A stretch of DNA of 64,000 bases from Octopus vulgaris. Lineage: Eukaryota. How positions within the stretch are numbered: the first letter of the stretch is position 1; the number at the start of each line of letters is the position of its first letter. Both the position numbers and the translations under genes were made by a program. Location: NCBI GenBank assembly GCA_951406725.2, contig OX597819.1, positions 92,752,001-92,816,000 of the forward strand, read 5' to 3'. Of this stretch, positions 1 to 14,122 are shown in pieces. Below the pieces are notes generated by a model. That model worked only from the letters and a program-made list of their open reading frames with translations. It was not told the origin of the DNA and made no database searches.

Positions 1-679
1 TGTAAATATGATAACTATTTCATTAACATACATTGCTGAGTTCATTCTCCTCTATTAGCTACTGGATAAAGATACATAAACTATAAATATGAGTTAAATC
101 TGTATACGCAACGTAATGACGAAGCCATGAATGTGTCTCAAAGATTCAACATACGTTGCGGTTGAATATCTGCAGAACCACCTTTATCTATGAAAAGAAC
201 GAATTATCGCATGGGAAACAGCAACCTATCATTGAAGCAATAAACAAAATCATACAAAATATTATTATAGCCAAAAGAATCTACTCTGCTTTTAAAGATG
301 TGCAAGCAGAGCAGCAAGGTTAAGAACGTCTCATTGAAACAATATGGTTAAGGATTCAATCCAACTGTGGGCTAACGGAGACAAATATCTTTTCACAAAC
401 CCTTAATTTAAGAAAAGTTTTGTGAGGGTACGTTGGTGGACAAAAACTCTAGGAATTTGACGAGGGGCGTCCTTGTATTAGCATGGTGGATCTAATCAGT
501 TAAACACTTCCATGTGTTCGCTTGATGACTACACTGTTGCGAGTTACAGACCAAAACTCCGATAAGGAGGCAACTACCCACGTCAGGGCCTCTCAGAAGT
601 TTTATGGTCTTTGAAAACGTTAAAGATTTGTTTCTTGGAAAATAATCTAAGAGGTTTATTTTTCACATCGTAAGTTTTG

Positions 680-1200
680 CAGAGAAAATAGGTACATGAA
701 GATCTGAAGCCCTTTGGTTCATAGGCTATTCTCATCGGAGAGGAAGAAGTCTGGAATTTTGGAACTATGCAGTGGTGTCTTGCACAGGTTTTGAATAGAT
801 ATGAATGCCAATTTGAGGGACCAGTTCCTCCAGAACGTTCCTGATATAGATCACTGCATATTACTACCTTTAATTAATCCATTGGAACAATACCTTGTGT
901 ACCTTATTTTGCCTCTGCCAAAATTTACTTTTCAGCCAGTACCTTGGATATGTCTGCGTTTTGTCTACGATTTGAATTCATTTGCTGAATTTTTCTTTTG
1001 TATCATCGATTCTCTTTACTATTTTAAATGTTGATGACATTACATCTGTTGGCTGGAATGGTGGCCGTGATGAATTCACTCACGTTTTGTTGTATGTAAT
1101 TCTTTTTGTTATCTTCTGTTACACTAGTTAAGCAAAGTGTGGTGCCTTCATCACTATACCTACTATTTGCATTCAGTACACCAGTAGTCTGATTTGATAT
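680..1200 (-). mobile_element. Degenerate CR1/L2-group LINE ORF2 3' fragment
   Basis: Minus strand reads YAVIYIRNVLEELVPQIGIH and, after a shift, HHCIVPKF. This matches the C-terminal motif of the LINE copies at 10050-10420 and 24620-25672. Stops and frameshifts present; ends approximate. Confidence 0.55.
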
Positions 1201-1712
1201 TCCTGTTTCTATTCCCAAGTAGTGAATTACGAAGGAATTACGAATATATATGAATGAGAATATTCTGCTTCCTTCCTCTTCATCAAAATGTTCACCTTCT
1301 GGAAATTATTGCGTTTTTGTCCTTTCCGATTAGATTTCTAATGCAAGGAGCAGTTCCTTATTAGCGTTTCGTTCCTGCAAATTTTAACCATTATATTTAC
1401 TACTTAGAAGCCACTGGCTGTATCGGGTCAATGAAGAAGATAATTAACTTAATAGATTTGTAAAGCAGAATATTGCCAGGGAATAACTAAAAACCATTTT
1501 CTATGCTAGGTTTTTACAGTAACGTATAAAAGAAACTAGAGTTAAATATTATAATATTAGAATATAAGATTACTTTTTATTTATATTTACTACTTACATC
1601 CTACTACATGAAATTTCAGCAACACGTTTTAAGAACATAATATATGAGAAAATATATATAGAAAAATATTATATTTATTTTAAAATTCCTGCTTAGAACC
1701 CACTGTATAAAT

Positions 1713-1957
1713 CAGCGGTTCTCAGCCGGTGTCCAGATAGCTCTTGGGGGTCAATATAAGATTTTGTGCTATAAATTGGTTATACTTTTACAATACACAA
1801 AATATTTTAATAATCTATTAAATACAATTCCTTATAATATTTAATTATAAGAAAATATAATTTTTTAAACATCGAATGGTTAGGTGAGTCCATCTGAGTA
1901 AAACACGAATCAAAGTGGTCCAAAGGTAAAAAGATGGTTGAGAAACGAGAAACACTG
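1713..1957. mobile_element. hAT (Charlie-like) MITE
   Basis: Ends CAGCGGTTCTCAGCC ... GGTTGAGAAAC(GAGAAA)CACTG, with imperfect 8-bp flanks gtataaat / atgtaaat and no coding capacity. Confidence 0.6.
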
Positions 1958-2317
1958 ATGTAAATGTTTGTCTTTTATTTATAATTTTAACCTACGTCTC
2001 CCATATAAAATTGAACAACAGCCTAAAGTACCTAAAATATACGATATTACATTAGAAAACTACTTTGCAGTATTTCTTTTCATTTTTGGTAATTGCTTCT
2101 TAGAACCAACCGTACAAAAATGGTTTATTTTTGGTTACCGTTTATGAGTTGCCGTCTGAGAGTTCAACAATACTCTTCTGTTATAGCCCCGGACTGACCA
2201 ATGACTAGTGAATAACGGACGTAGACGGAAACTGTGCAGAAGCTAGTTTTACACACACACACACACACGTATATAAGTATATATATACATATATATATAT
2301 ACATATATATATACATA

Positions 2318-2710
2318 GGCGAGGAGTGGCTGTGTGGTAAGTAGCTTGCTAACCAACCACATGGTTCCGAGTTCAGTCCCACTGCGTGGCATCTTGGGCA
2401 AGTGTCTTCTGCTATAGCCCTGAGCCGACCAATGCCTTGTGAGTTGATTTGGTAGACGGAAACTGAAAGAAGCCTGTCGTATATATGTATATATATATGT
2501 ATGTGTTTGTATGTCTGTGTTTGTCCCCCTAGCATTGCTTGACAACCGATGCTGGTGTGTTTACGTCTCCGTCTCTTAGCGGTTCGGCAAAAGACACCGA
2601 TAGAATAAGTACTGGGCTTACAAAGAATAAGTCCCGGGGTCGATTTTCTCGACTAAAGGCGGTGCTCCAGCATGGCCGCAGTCAAATGACTGAAACGAGT
2701 AAAAAAAAAT
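2318..2710 (+). mobile_element. tRNA-derived SINE, family 1 (full length)
   Basis: A-box-like TGGCTGTGTGG, B-box-like GTTCAGTCCC, CORE-like CTTGGGCAAGTG, internal (TA)/(TG) microsatellite and tail GGCGGTGCTCCAGCATGGCCGCAGTCAAATGACTGAAAC. Several close copies in the window. Confidence 0.85.
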
Positions 2711-3324
2711 ATATATATATCTGACAATCGGTGTTGGTTTATTTACGTACTTTAACTTAAAATTTAGACAAAATAATCTGATGTAATAAGTACCAGACTT
2801 TTTTAAAAAAGAATAACAACCAGGGTCGATTTATTTGATTTATTCGATTAAAATTCATCGTGGCTCGCAGACCACTGACTGAAGCAAATAAAAAAATAAA
2901 GGATAAACAATTTCTAATGGCTGTCTTTCGTATAAAAAAACTCAAATAATAGACTTGAAGTTGTTAAACTTTGTACAAAATTTGTAAACTTGTATAATGC
3001 TATAAAGAATTGCTGTAGGATGTAAGAACACGCCAGAATGCAGTTTTAAACTTCTTTATTCTATTTTATCTAAAGCTTGGAATGAAGCGTATAAAGAGTC
3101 GTACATTTACGGATACTGATATCTATTTGTTACGATATGTCTATCAGAACAACACTGATATGATAGTAAGTGCAGAGATGTGTGTAAATAATAGTTAAGT
3201 TAAAATAGAAACATAGATAGAAAATAGATTACTTACCATAACCGCTACTTTATGGATGCATGTGATGCATGTGATGGCTAAGTGTTATCGTACAATATAC
3301 ACGCAAATGGATATATATATGCAT

Positions 3325-3392
<68 letters not shown>

Positions 3393-3503
3393 TACGTATA
3401 TATATCGAAATAAATAAACATTTTGTATATGTATTTATGTATGTATATATATATATATATATATATATGTACATATGTTACATGCGTATAGCTGACATTG
3501 CCG

Positions 3504-3549
<46 letters not shown>

Positions 3550-4021
3550 TGTACATATGTGTGTGAGTATGTTTAAAATGCAATCTTATCTGCGGGATTC
3601 AACTTCGTTTACATTTACATTTTAACACAGATAAACGTGGTTAATTTAGAAATCCGATTTCTAGCTGTTAAACGGAATGAGTAAAAATATATATAAAAAA
3701 AAATAAATAAAATGTTTTTACAGATTATTGACGTAATCCCCCGATATATTATATATTTTACGGGAATCAACAGTGTTTACCACTCAAAACTACTCGTGGT
3801 TATTTTAGAACAGCAATTTATAGTTGCAAAAAAAAAAAAAGAAAACGAGGTGTAAGTAACCTCTTTACGAATTACTGACGTAATTAAGGAATACTTTATA
3901 TGATTTTTTATGAAGATCGCAGTTTTGTTCATGTTACATAAGTATAGCCCACATTACCGCATAATGATATTGGTACCAATGCAGTGATTCAGATTATAAT
4001 CATATCCTACGCAGTCACTGC

Positions 4022-4612
<591 letters not shown>

Positions 4613-5103
4613 ATATATATATATGTATATATTAAATATATATATATTGCAAATATATATATACATATAAATATGTGTGTATCACACGCTCTTATACATA
4701 CATATATATATACATATATATATACATATATATACATATATACGTTCATACGCACACACACACACATACACACACACACATACACACACACACAAACATA
4801 CGCACAGACATGTGCGCGCACGTATGTATGTATATGTAGGCTTGTAAATATTTTTTGTACGTTAGCCTTTGTTTCGGAGGGGACAAATCGAAGAGAAATT
4901 TTATCCAATACGCTCCCAGCAATATTTATAGAATTTTTGGAGAAAAAATAATTAAGAATAACGGCAATATTTATAATATTAATGACAACAATGAAAGACA
5001 ATAATTGTGGCGGCGGAGGGGAAAATATTGTGAAAAGACCTCACACACACAAACATACAAGCACCCGTAGACACATACATACAGACATACAGACCGTAAC
5101 CCG

Positions 5104-5149
<46 letters not shown>

Positions 5150-5239
5150 CTGAGAAAGAAAGTGATGGGGTGATGGGGAGAGAAATAGAGAAGACCAATA
5201 TTATTGTGAAATCAAACTTCGAGTGATGCCATGGATAGG

Positions 5240-5276
5240 AGAGAGGGAAAGAGAGAGAGAAAGGGAGAGAGAGAGT

Positions 5277-5307
<31 letters not shown>

Positions 5308-5409
5308 GGGAGGGAGAGAGAGTAGGGAGAGAGAAACAGAGAGCGCGAGCGAGAGAGAGAGAAGCAGACAGACCGATAGAAATACAAAGAGACAGGGAGC
5401 ATGAGAGAG

Positions 5410-5454
<45 letters not shown>

Positions 5455-5470
5455 AAGAGTGAGAAAGGGA
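5240..5470. repeat. (GA)n purine-rich microsatellite
   Basis: Read directly; gives the ERERER / SLSLSL ORFs. Confidence 0.9.
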
Positions 5471-5944
5471 GAGATATAGGGTGGCTAGTGACGAAAATAC
5501 GAGGTAAAATAAAGACCAAGGAAGAGCAAGAGGAAATGTGAGCGCAAGACGGAGAGTAAGGACGAGAGGGTGTGAGAGAGAAAGAAAAAGAGGAAGAAAC
5601 TAAGGGAGAGGGAGAAAGTGAGGAGGCAGTATAGAGATTGTGGTGATACAAAACATTACAGTATGAAAACTATGTCATAAGAAGAACAATTTAATAAAAG
5701 AAAAGAAGAATAATTAAAATAGTGTTATTTTTCACCTCTTTAGTCATAAACCCCCGAAACGTCTGAGTAAGTACATGATTATATAAATGTATTTCAATAA
5801 TCGATATACCGTGAATCATAGATCCAGCTGTATTGCTCCAACTGAAAACGGCTCAATACGATACTTCCAATATTATAAAGTTGTGAAGGTCGCTGAATTG
5901 ATTGGCGTTAAGAACCAACTAACAGAGCCGAAATGGCGCTTTGT

Positions 5945-6580
5945 AATGGCGATGTTGCTGCCGTTGTTGTTGTTGTTGTTGTTATTGCTGGAGGCGGAGG
6001 TGGTAATGGAGGTGGTGGAGGTAGTGATGGTCGAGGTGACGATGGTCGTGGTCTGGATGGTAGTAGTGGTGATGGTCGTGGTGGAGGTGGTGGTGATGAC
6101 CACGATGGTCACAGTGGTGATGGCGGTGATGGTGGCAATGATAGTGGTGGTGATGGTGACGATGGTTGTTGTGGCGATGGTCACAGTGGTGTGAATTGTG
6201 GTAGTGGTGGTGATTATTGCGATGGTGACATCAATGATGGCAGTTGAGATGGTGGTGGATACTTTAGTATCGGTATGACTTTAGTATCGACGGCTATAAT
6301 GGTAGTGGTGTAGGTGGTGGTTTTTGGGGTATGTATTTGTAGTGTTGATGGTGGTGGTAGCGATGTGAGGATAAATGTAGTTATGATGATGTTGATGACA
6401 ATTATAACGGTAATAAAGGGGCAGATAAGGAAAATGAGAAAAATGAAAGTGGTGAGGATACCATTGTCGACAACTACGACTACAACCCGACCATGACAGC
6501 AACGAAAATATTGCTGCAGATAATGATGATGACGATGACAACGACGACGACAACAGAGATGATGAAGATGATGATGATGC

Positions 6581-6612
<32 letters not shown>

Positions 6613-6910
6613 ATGATGACGATGATGATGATGACGACGACGATGGCAACAGAGGTGATGATGATGATGATGATGACGTCGACGACAACAAAAGAGATGA
6701 TAATGGCGATGATGATGATGATGATGATGACGTCGACGGCAACGACGGTGGTGACAACAATGCTGATGACGACAACGACGACCGATGACGACGGTGACGA
6801 TGACGACGGCGACGACAACGATAGTGATGATTATGATGATGATGGTCATCATCATCATCATCATCATCAATATCAGCATCATGCTTGTGGTGATGGTGGT
6901 GGTTGAGGAA
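5945..6910. repeat. Compound trinucleotide low-complexity region (GTT, GGT, GAT, GAC, CTG, CAT)
   Basis: Mixed triplet runs give homopolymeric ORFs in several frames on both strands. Confidence 0.9.
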
Positions 6911-7274
6911 GAGGCGGAAAAGAAATCGTACAATGATTATTGATGATTAAGCTACACGTTGCAAATATTTTAATGGTGATGATAAAATCTAATCTTTTAT
7001 TATTCTGTTCTGTCACTGGTTTCATGCACTGGACAATGCCGATACTGGGGCACCACATTCAAGTGCTCTTAGTTGTCCATATTTACCCCCAATTGAATTA
7101 GTCTGGTACTTAATTTATCGATAATTCGACCTCAACATGCTGTGCTACGAATAGCAACGGACTCTACATAGACGACAAAACTGGATATTACCTGTAACCA
7201 CGTGAGAACATAAACACAAACATGGATACGCAGAAAGACATACATGTACAAAAAAAAAAGAAAACTCACACGGA

Positions 7275-7723
7275 CGTGCAGATTAGTTACGGTTCAGTTC
7301 AGTTCATAATCAATGAAGATTTGGGTATGAAACGCGTGCCTGCAAAGTTTGTGCCAAAACTGCTTTCAGCTGACCAAAACACACACTTGGGCTTCAGTTG
7401 CACAAGATCTCCTTGATTGTATCGAGAACGATAAAAACTTTTTCAAAACTTTGCGTAGGCCGCTGAGCATGTATTGCCAAGCTTTTGGACAAAATTTGAT
7501 GCAAATTCTCTGCTCAACCTTCCGCCATGGTCAATGCGACGATCACACGCTTACACACCTTCCTTCCAAGTACTGCTGTGAGCAACGGGAGTAAGCTAGA
7601 ATGTTAAAACTCAGTCCGCACGCACAACAGAGTTTAAAGTCAATCTGAGCCAAGCAGCTTTGCTCTTCGGGCTTTAGTTTCGTTACTACAGCAACAGTCC
7701 TGATACTTATTGATCAGACCACG
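7275..7723 (+). mobile_element. Mariner-family transposon remnant (internally deleted) with right TIR
   Basis: ISYGSVQFIINEDLGMKRVPAKFVPKLLSADQ resembles the mariner WVPHEL-linker region. TIR-like CAGTCCTGATACTTATTGATCAGACCACG is followed by TA at about 7695-7725. Confidence 0.7.
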
Positions 7724-8078
7724 TATATATATATATAATTTATTTAAAGGTCATAATACATGTATTAAAGCGCTTCTGATAATTTCATATGTTGAGAAAA
7801 CTCAAACATATTCTTCAAACGCAAATCACATATCATATCGAAGTTTGAATAAACGCGAAAAAACTGAAAAGGTATCATATAGAAAACGCAGGAAGTAAAT
7901 AACAGCAAACAATATGTGGCTTGCGCCTGAAAAATATGTTCGAGTTTTGTCAACATATGAGACTATTAGTAGCGCTTTAATACATTTATTGTGACCTTTA
8001 AATAAATAATATTTATCTCTGATCTGATGGCGTGCTTTTTTATAAAAGTTTCTATCGCGGAACAGTGATAAATATATA

Positions 8079-9649
8079 CAATTGCGACCAAAATGTTCAG
8101 AACGGCATTGTTTTCGTCAGAAAAGTAAGTATAAGTTTTTATCAAAGTAGTTTTATATTCTATAATTTTCACAGACAATAAATACAATATTAATTGTTAT
8201 TGTCTGAGATTTTGGTGTAATTTGAGAGGATAATACAAAAGTTATGGATGATTTTAGTGATTTACTACACAACCCATGGCGGCCAAAATGATCAGAACGG
8301 TTAAAAAAATAACAAAATAATCAAAAATTACAGAGAATACTGGAATTATTTAATATTTAGTGTGAAGCCCTTTAGCTTCAATCACACTCTGACATCTTTG
8401 ACTGCATGAGGAACTTAAATTTTCAATTTCTTGCTGGGGGATCTTATTCCATTCTTCCTGAAGGGCATTCCATAATTGCTCAGTTGTTTTAGGATTTCTG
8501 GCTTTCGAACGTTCTCCTAGAATATTCCATACATTTTCAATAGGATTGAGATCTGGGCTTTGAGTAGGCTAATCCATAACAATAACCTTTTCAGCCTTAA
8601 GGAAGTTCATGACCACCTTAACCTTGTGACATGGGGCATTGTCCTGCATGAATATGGGTGGCCGCTTAGTTGAATTTCTCAGCACAGGCAAGACATGATC
8701 TTTTACAAGTTGTTTATAAACTCCTGCATTTACCTTTCCATGTAATCGAACCAAATGGCCCACACCATCTCCAGATATCATCCCCCAAACCATGACACTT
8801 CCTCCACCGAATTTAACACTAGTCTTAGAGCCAAATAACATAAACTTAGATTCATCACTGAAATGCACCGTTTGCCATTTTTCTTGAGACCACAACATGT
8901 TTGGTTGCAAAGGTAAGACGACACTTTTTATTCTTGGAGCTGATCAGTGGCTTCACTTCAGGTGCTCCTGCTTGTAGGTCATGTTCAACTAAACGACGAG
9001 ACACAGTTTTTCGAGATAAAGTTTTCTTCAATACAATGCTCATTTTCCGAGAAACAGCAGCAGCTGTTTTAAATCTGTCCTTTTTAACCAACTTTACCAT
9101 AGCAAGATCTTCTCTCTTGGTCGTTTTTCTTGGCCTACCTGTAAACTTTCTTGCTTCACACGAACCACAATCATTGTAGACCTTAAGAATACCGTGTACA
9201 ACACATTTTGACTTGTTAACAATCTTTGCAATAGATCCAATACTTAAATTATCCTTCCTTCGAACCTTAATAATCTGCTGACGAATTGGTAACGGAGTAA
9301 GTGGCATTATATTAACAAAGTACACTGCAAATATTCTTACTAATGTTTAGTAAACGAACCGTCACGTAAACACATTCAAAACATTAGAGTTCGCCGGTTA
9401 AATATACTAAAACACGGAGTAAAAGCAACCGTTCTGATCATTTTGGCCGCCGTGGGTTTTGCAGTAAATCACTAAATCATCCATAACTTTTGTATTATTC
9501 TCTCAAATTACACCAAAATCTCAGGCAACAACAAACAATATTGTATTTATTGTCTGTGAAAATTATAGAATATAAAACAACTTTGATAAAAACTTATACT
9601 TACTTTTCTGACGAAAACAATGCCGTTGTGAACATTTTGGCCGCCACTG
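8079..9649 (-). mobile_element. Full-length Tc1-family DNA transposon with ~224-bp IR/DR-type TIRs
   Basis: TIRs at 8079-8302 and 9427-9649 are close reverse complements, with TA on both flanks. Each TIR has a GGCGGCCAAAATG(T/A)TCAGAACGG-like repeat at both ends. Confidence 0.93.
8350..9307 (-). pseudogene. Tc1 DD34E transposase, disrupted
   Basis: Paired-like HTH with GRPRKT, then FSDESKF, KFGGGSVMVWG, QDNAPCH and SPDLNPIE (34 residues from D to E). Carries a frameshift near 8895, an apparent deletion after FGS and an in-frame stop at 8569-8571. Confidence 0.9.
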
Positions 9650-9722
9650 TATATATGTATATATATTGATAGGAATGGCAAGACAACAAATATGTAAATA
9701 GAGTAATTTATCTATAAACATA

Positions 9723-9900
9723 ATATGTGACAATTATTCGGTAGCCATGATAAAACTCCGAGTTACGGATGTCGTTTAACGGTCATTTTCATAGCATTTT
9801 TTTTCGATGGCCCGATAACTGAAAACATGCCGGCGTGGGTTTCCGCCCCTACATCCGAAACTCGCAGTTTTACCATGGCTACCGAATAATTGTCACATAT
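9723..9900 (+). mobile_element. Short inverted-repeat element with degenerate hammerhead motif (9814-9874)
   Basis: 50-bp arms at 9723-9772 and 9851-9900. Motif GATAA-CTGAAAA-...-GAAA-CTCGCAG-TT-TTACC; abuts (TA)n. Confidence 0.6.
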
Positions 9901-9902
9901 TA

Positions 9903-9957
<55 letters not shown>

Positions 9958-10049
9958 TTATTTATAATAAGTATGTATGTATATGTATTTATAATGCATG
10001 TATATATGTATTTCTATCTTACCTGCTTATATTTTTTGTTTTATTCTTT

Positions 10050-10420
10050 TAATGGTTGCATTTGGGATTTCATCTACACATTGCAAATCTCTTAGGTTTC
10101 CTGGTAGGTGTCTTTGGTATTAGGCAATGCCGTCTATTTCGATGGTTGGTATATCTCTCAATTCAAAAACTGAGGGCTGGATCTTCTAGGAACGTCCAAA
10201 TGTATATCATTGTATACATTTCTCGCCTTCTCTTCAAGGAGTAGAGCTTCACTTCTTGTAACATCACCCGGTAGCTCATTGTTTCAGGGAGCTAATCATC
10301 TTTGTGAAGTTATGATGGATTGCTTAAAATTCCGACACCAATTTGACCCCTCTGCAGCGACCACAGTTGGGAGCAGTAATCCAGAGGACATATATTTACA
10401 ATTCCCCTAACGATGAATGG
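10050..10420 (-). mobile_element. Degenerate CR1/L2-group LINE ORF2 3' fragment
   Basis: Minus strand reads LDYCSQLWS ... KLYSLKRRREMYTMIYIW ... RRHCLIPKTP. Confidence 0.7.
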
Positions 10421-10498
10421 CTTTTGTCATGATATAATCTAAGAAAGCATCAATAACATCAATAACTACTCTTGTAAATTTTGAACCTTAATTGTGTT

Positions 10499-10547
<49 letters not shown>

Positions 10548-10598
10548 TATATATATATATAAATATATATGTGTGTATGTGTGTGTGTGTTGTGTATA

Positions 10599-10635
<37 letters not shown>

Positions 10636-10731
10636 TTTGTTATTTTTTTTTTTCTTTTTTTTTTTTTTTTTTGTTTTTCTTCTTTCTTTTTTTTTTTTTC
10701 ACATACACACACACACACAACTACACACACA

Positions 10732-10779
<48 letters not shown>

Positions 10780-10785
10780 CATACA

Positions 10786-11084
10786 TCTTTATATATAAAA
10801 GTGAACTTGTGTGTCCGTCTCCTACGATTTAGATTCCTAACTACTCCCACATTTTGCGGTGCAATGTAACCAAAAGCGGGTATCTTATAGTCGTGATTCA
10901 TATCGAGCCCTTCTGGGTATTAGCGCGCGTCTACAATGAGTCTACGATGTAAAAATAAATTTACCATCATTTTTTCCCATTTTTAATGCATTTTTTTGCT
11001 ATTATATAAGGGAAGTAACTCTCTAAAAATGCTTATATAGGTATTTCCCTCACAAACCCGAGCAACGACGGGCGATACTGCTAG
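10786..11084 (+). mobile_element. Non-autonomous Helitron
   Basis: Starts A|TC(TTTATATATAAAA). Ends with subterminal hairpin CCCGAGCAACGACGGG and CTAG|T. Confidence 0.75.
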
Positions 11085-11492
11085 TATACATATATATCCT
11101 GAAGATAACGTTCACTAGATACCAATGTCACTCTTCTTTTAATTTTGATATCATTATTATGATTGTTATTATTATATCTTTAAAAAGTACTGACATAACT
11201 CTTCACAAAGGTAAACAGTCAAGACGAGAAGCACGATTCGATTGTAAGATATTTTATTAGTTGAACGATATTTCAACAGTACGTCTATCTTTGTCAAGTT
11301 CAAAATAAAAAAAAAGTGTTAAAAATTCTAAATTACAAAATTTCAGAAATATAAATGGACAAAAGTGAATATATTTCGGCTTGTGAAGAAGTTTTAAATG
11401 ACAAAATTTCATATGAAGAATTACCTGTCGATTCCCCCAATTACAGAGAGGAACTTGACAAAATAATTCTAGAAATAACATATACACATATA

Positions 11493-11618
<126 letters not shown>

Positions 11619-11649
11619 TATATATATATATATATATAAATAAGATAGG

Positions 11650-11705
<56 letters not shown>

Positions 11706-11840
11706 CAGACACAGACAGATAGGTAGACATGCAGACTGATAGACAGACAGACATATATATAGATAGGCAGAAAGAGAGAGTTGCAGAGTAGGACGAGAGT
11801 AAATAAAAGATAATGAGAAAGTTAGAGAGAAAGAGAAAGG

Positions 11841-11883
<43 letters not shown>

Positions 11884-12509
11884 GCAGACGTAAGGAAAGA
11901 AGAATGAGAGACAGAGATTGAAGTAGGTTGAAACGCCTCACGAGAAAGAAGCAGGAAACACAATGATAAACGAACCAGTTTCCTCTACACGTGACATAAC
12001 CAACACGCTAAAGCCTCCTTCCACAGCTTTCCAATCGATGATTGGAACGAAGTTGCGACTGAATGCATGTTAGTATGCGTGCCAGCATTCAAGTTTGCTC
12101 GTGTTTTCTGCAACAGAGCAACAGAGCGATAGGAAAAGAAATCGAGGTCGTCTCGTCGAGGGCGTACGTTTTATAGGTGTGCTCATGTTTGTGTGTATGT
12201 ATGCATGTTTATATGTATTTGTGTATGGATACACAACTATATTTCTATATATATGTACGTATGCATACATACATATATAGATACATATATATATATATAC
12301 ACACACATATACACACACACACACACGCACACACACACACACACATATATATATATGTATATATGTGTGTGTGTGTGTGAATATGTATGTGTATATATAT
12401 ATATACTCACACACAAATACAGACACACACATACATACAAACACATCTCCAGACCACCAGCCCTCTTTCACACGCACATACATACTCTCTTATACACACA
12501 CGTACCTTT

Positions 12510-12797
12510 GTGTTGGGGGCACCTTCGTTTTGGAAGTCACCTGACCCTGTTATCTCCCCTACTGTCCTTCTCGCATCTGACTACTGTCCGAAGTCAGGAC
12601 GACATGATAGATCGTTAGCTCCTACACGCATTTTTTTCTCTCCTTGTATTTTTTCTGTGGATCTTTCTGTCGAAGAGCGTAGGCTCGAAACGTAAAAGAC
12701 TTTTTCTATTTCTATTCCTGAGCGCTATACTAATACATTTGTTTTTTTGTACTCCACCTGCCTTCGTCTTTTGTTTATTTTCGTAAACTTTCCCGTT
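12510..12797 (+). mobile_element. TA-embedded short repeat, family A, with minimal hammerhead motif (12662-12699)
   Basis: TCTTT-CTGTCGA-A-GAGC(GTAG)GCTC-GAAA-CGTA-AAAGA gives stem I, stem II and a palindromic ACGT stem III. Confidence 0.7.
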
Positions 12798-12807
12798 ATA
12801 TATATAT

Positions 12808-13052
12808 CACCTTGATCACCTTGACCGACCAGTCCATCAGGCGTCCATTTGACACCGCTGGTCACAGCACGCTGTCCACTCCTCTCTGGATCACGCCTTT
12901 CTCATCCACGTGATCCCAATCGTCCTCCTGAAATCGTAACTCCACCGTCGTGGAGGTCTTCCGGGTGGTCTTTTCCACTCGCGCGGGTACCACTCGACAA
13001 CTACGTGTGTCCACCGATAATCGGTGAGCGGGGCGACGTGTCCAGCCCATCT
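12808..13052 (-). mobile_element. RTE-clade LINE 3' end fragment
   Basis: Reads WAGHVAPLTDYRWTHVVVEWYPREWKRPPGRPPRRW, the typical RTE C-terminal W.GHV...KR..GRP..RW motif. Confidence 0.8.
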
Positions 13053-13055
13053 ATA

Positions 13056-13102
<47 letters not shown>

Positions 13103-13830
13103 TTAAATATGATATATATATATTTATTTAAATATATATATATATATATATACAGACAATATATATTAAATAGGATACTCACACACACACATATATGCAT
13201 GTATGCATATTTATACATTTGCACATGTGTACAGAATAGATACACAATCTTATGAATATATTTATAAGTGCGCGTGTGCGCGTGTGAATGTCTCATCGTA
13301 TGTCTGCCACATGAAAGTTAGAATTGCAAAAACCTGTCATGCCGTACCATCCATCTTTAAGTAAGAGAACTGAAACGTCCAGATAGTTCCCGACAAATTA
13401 AAACTCTCTTGATTTAAACCTGTGAAACAATGATGTATTAAGCATTCGTAAGTTTTTGTATCACAAAAGAATACCTATAAAGAATACTAATAAAGAATAA
13501 AGACAAGCGAATAGGAAAACGCTATTAATAATTGCACTATATGTCTGGTTATACATGCATTTTGACTTCTATTCAAATAATTATATTAATATCACAACAG
13601 AAGTTAGAAGAACAAAGCTCTTTTGTAATCGGAACAAAGTGTCGCGTTTTCTTGATTGTAGGGTGGCCGATGCCAACTTGTTAATCTGATTATCCATTCT
13701 TTCTTTTGGATAATTATATTCCATGATGTTTGTCTCGTACTAATTCACTGAGATTATCAGGAAGAAATGCTTTGTGCTATATTTATCAGCAAACGCGGTG
13801 TATATATATACACACAAACACACACGTACA

Positions 13831-13871
<41 letters not shown>

Positions 13872-13985
13872 GTATGTATATGTATATGCATGCATATATA
13901 ATTGGATACATGTGTGTGTGTATATATATATATATACATACACGTACGCACACACACAAATGGATATACTTATATATATGTGTGT

Positions 13986-14122
13986 GACTTTCATCCTTTC
14001 GGGGGGGGGGGGGCGATAAATTAAGTACCAGTTACGCAATGGAGTCGATGTAATCGACTTAATCCCTTTGTCTGTCCTTGTTTGTCCCCTCTGTGTGTAG
14101 CCCCTTGTGGGTAGTAAAGAAA
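13986..14122 (+). mobile_element. SINE family 2, 5'-truncated
   Basis: CTTTCATCCTTTCGGGG...AAATTAAGTACCAGTTACGC...CCCCTTGTGGGTAGTAAAGAAATA matches 49707-49933. Confidence 0.8.

Noticed and set aside
3225-4020. Possible promoter or first exon (TGACGTAAT near 3729 and 3876; minus-strand donor near 3236)
   Set aside because: Short motifs are expected by chance and no downstream exon was identified.
5787-6933. Gly/Asp-, His-, Met- and Ser-rich ORFs resembling structural or metal-binding proteins
   Set aside because: Triplet-repeat DNA open in several frames on both strands, with no domain or convincing splice context.
11098-11135. CTGAAGA...GATA...GTC hammerhead-like string
   Set aside because: GAAA is altered and stem I does not pair.
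12029-12047. Palindromic double CCAAT (TTCCAATCGATGATTGGAA) in a relatively CpG-rich patch
   Set aside because: No associated gene or other support for a regulatory call.
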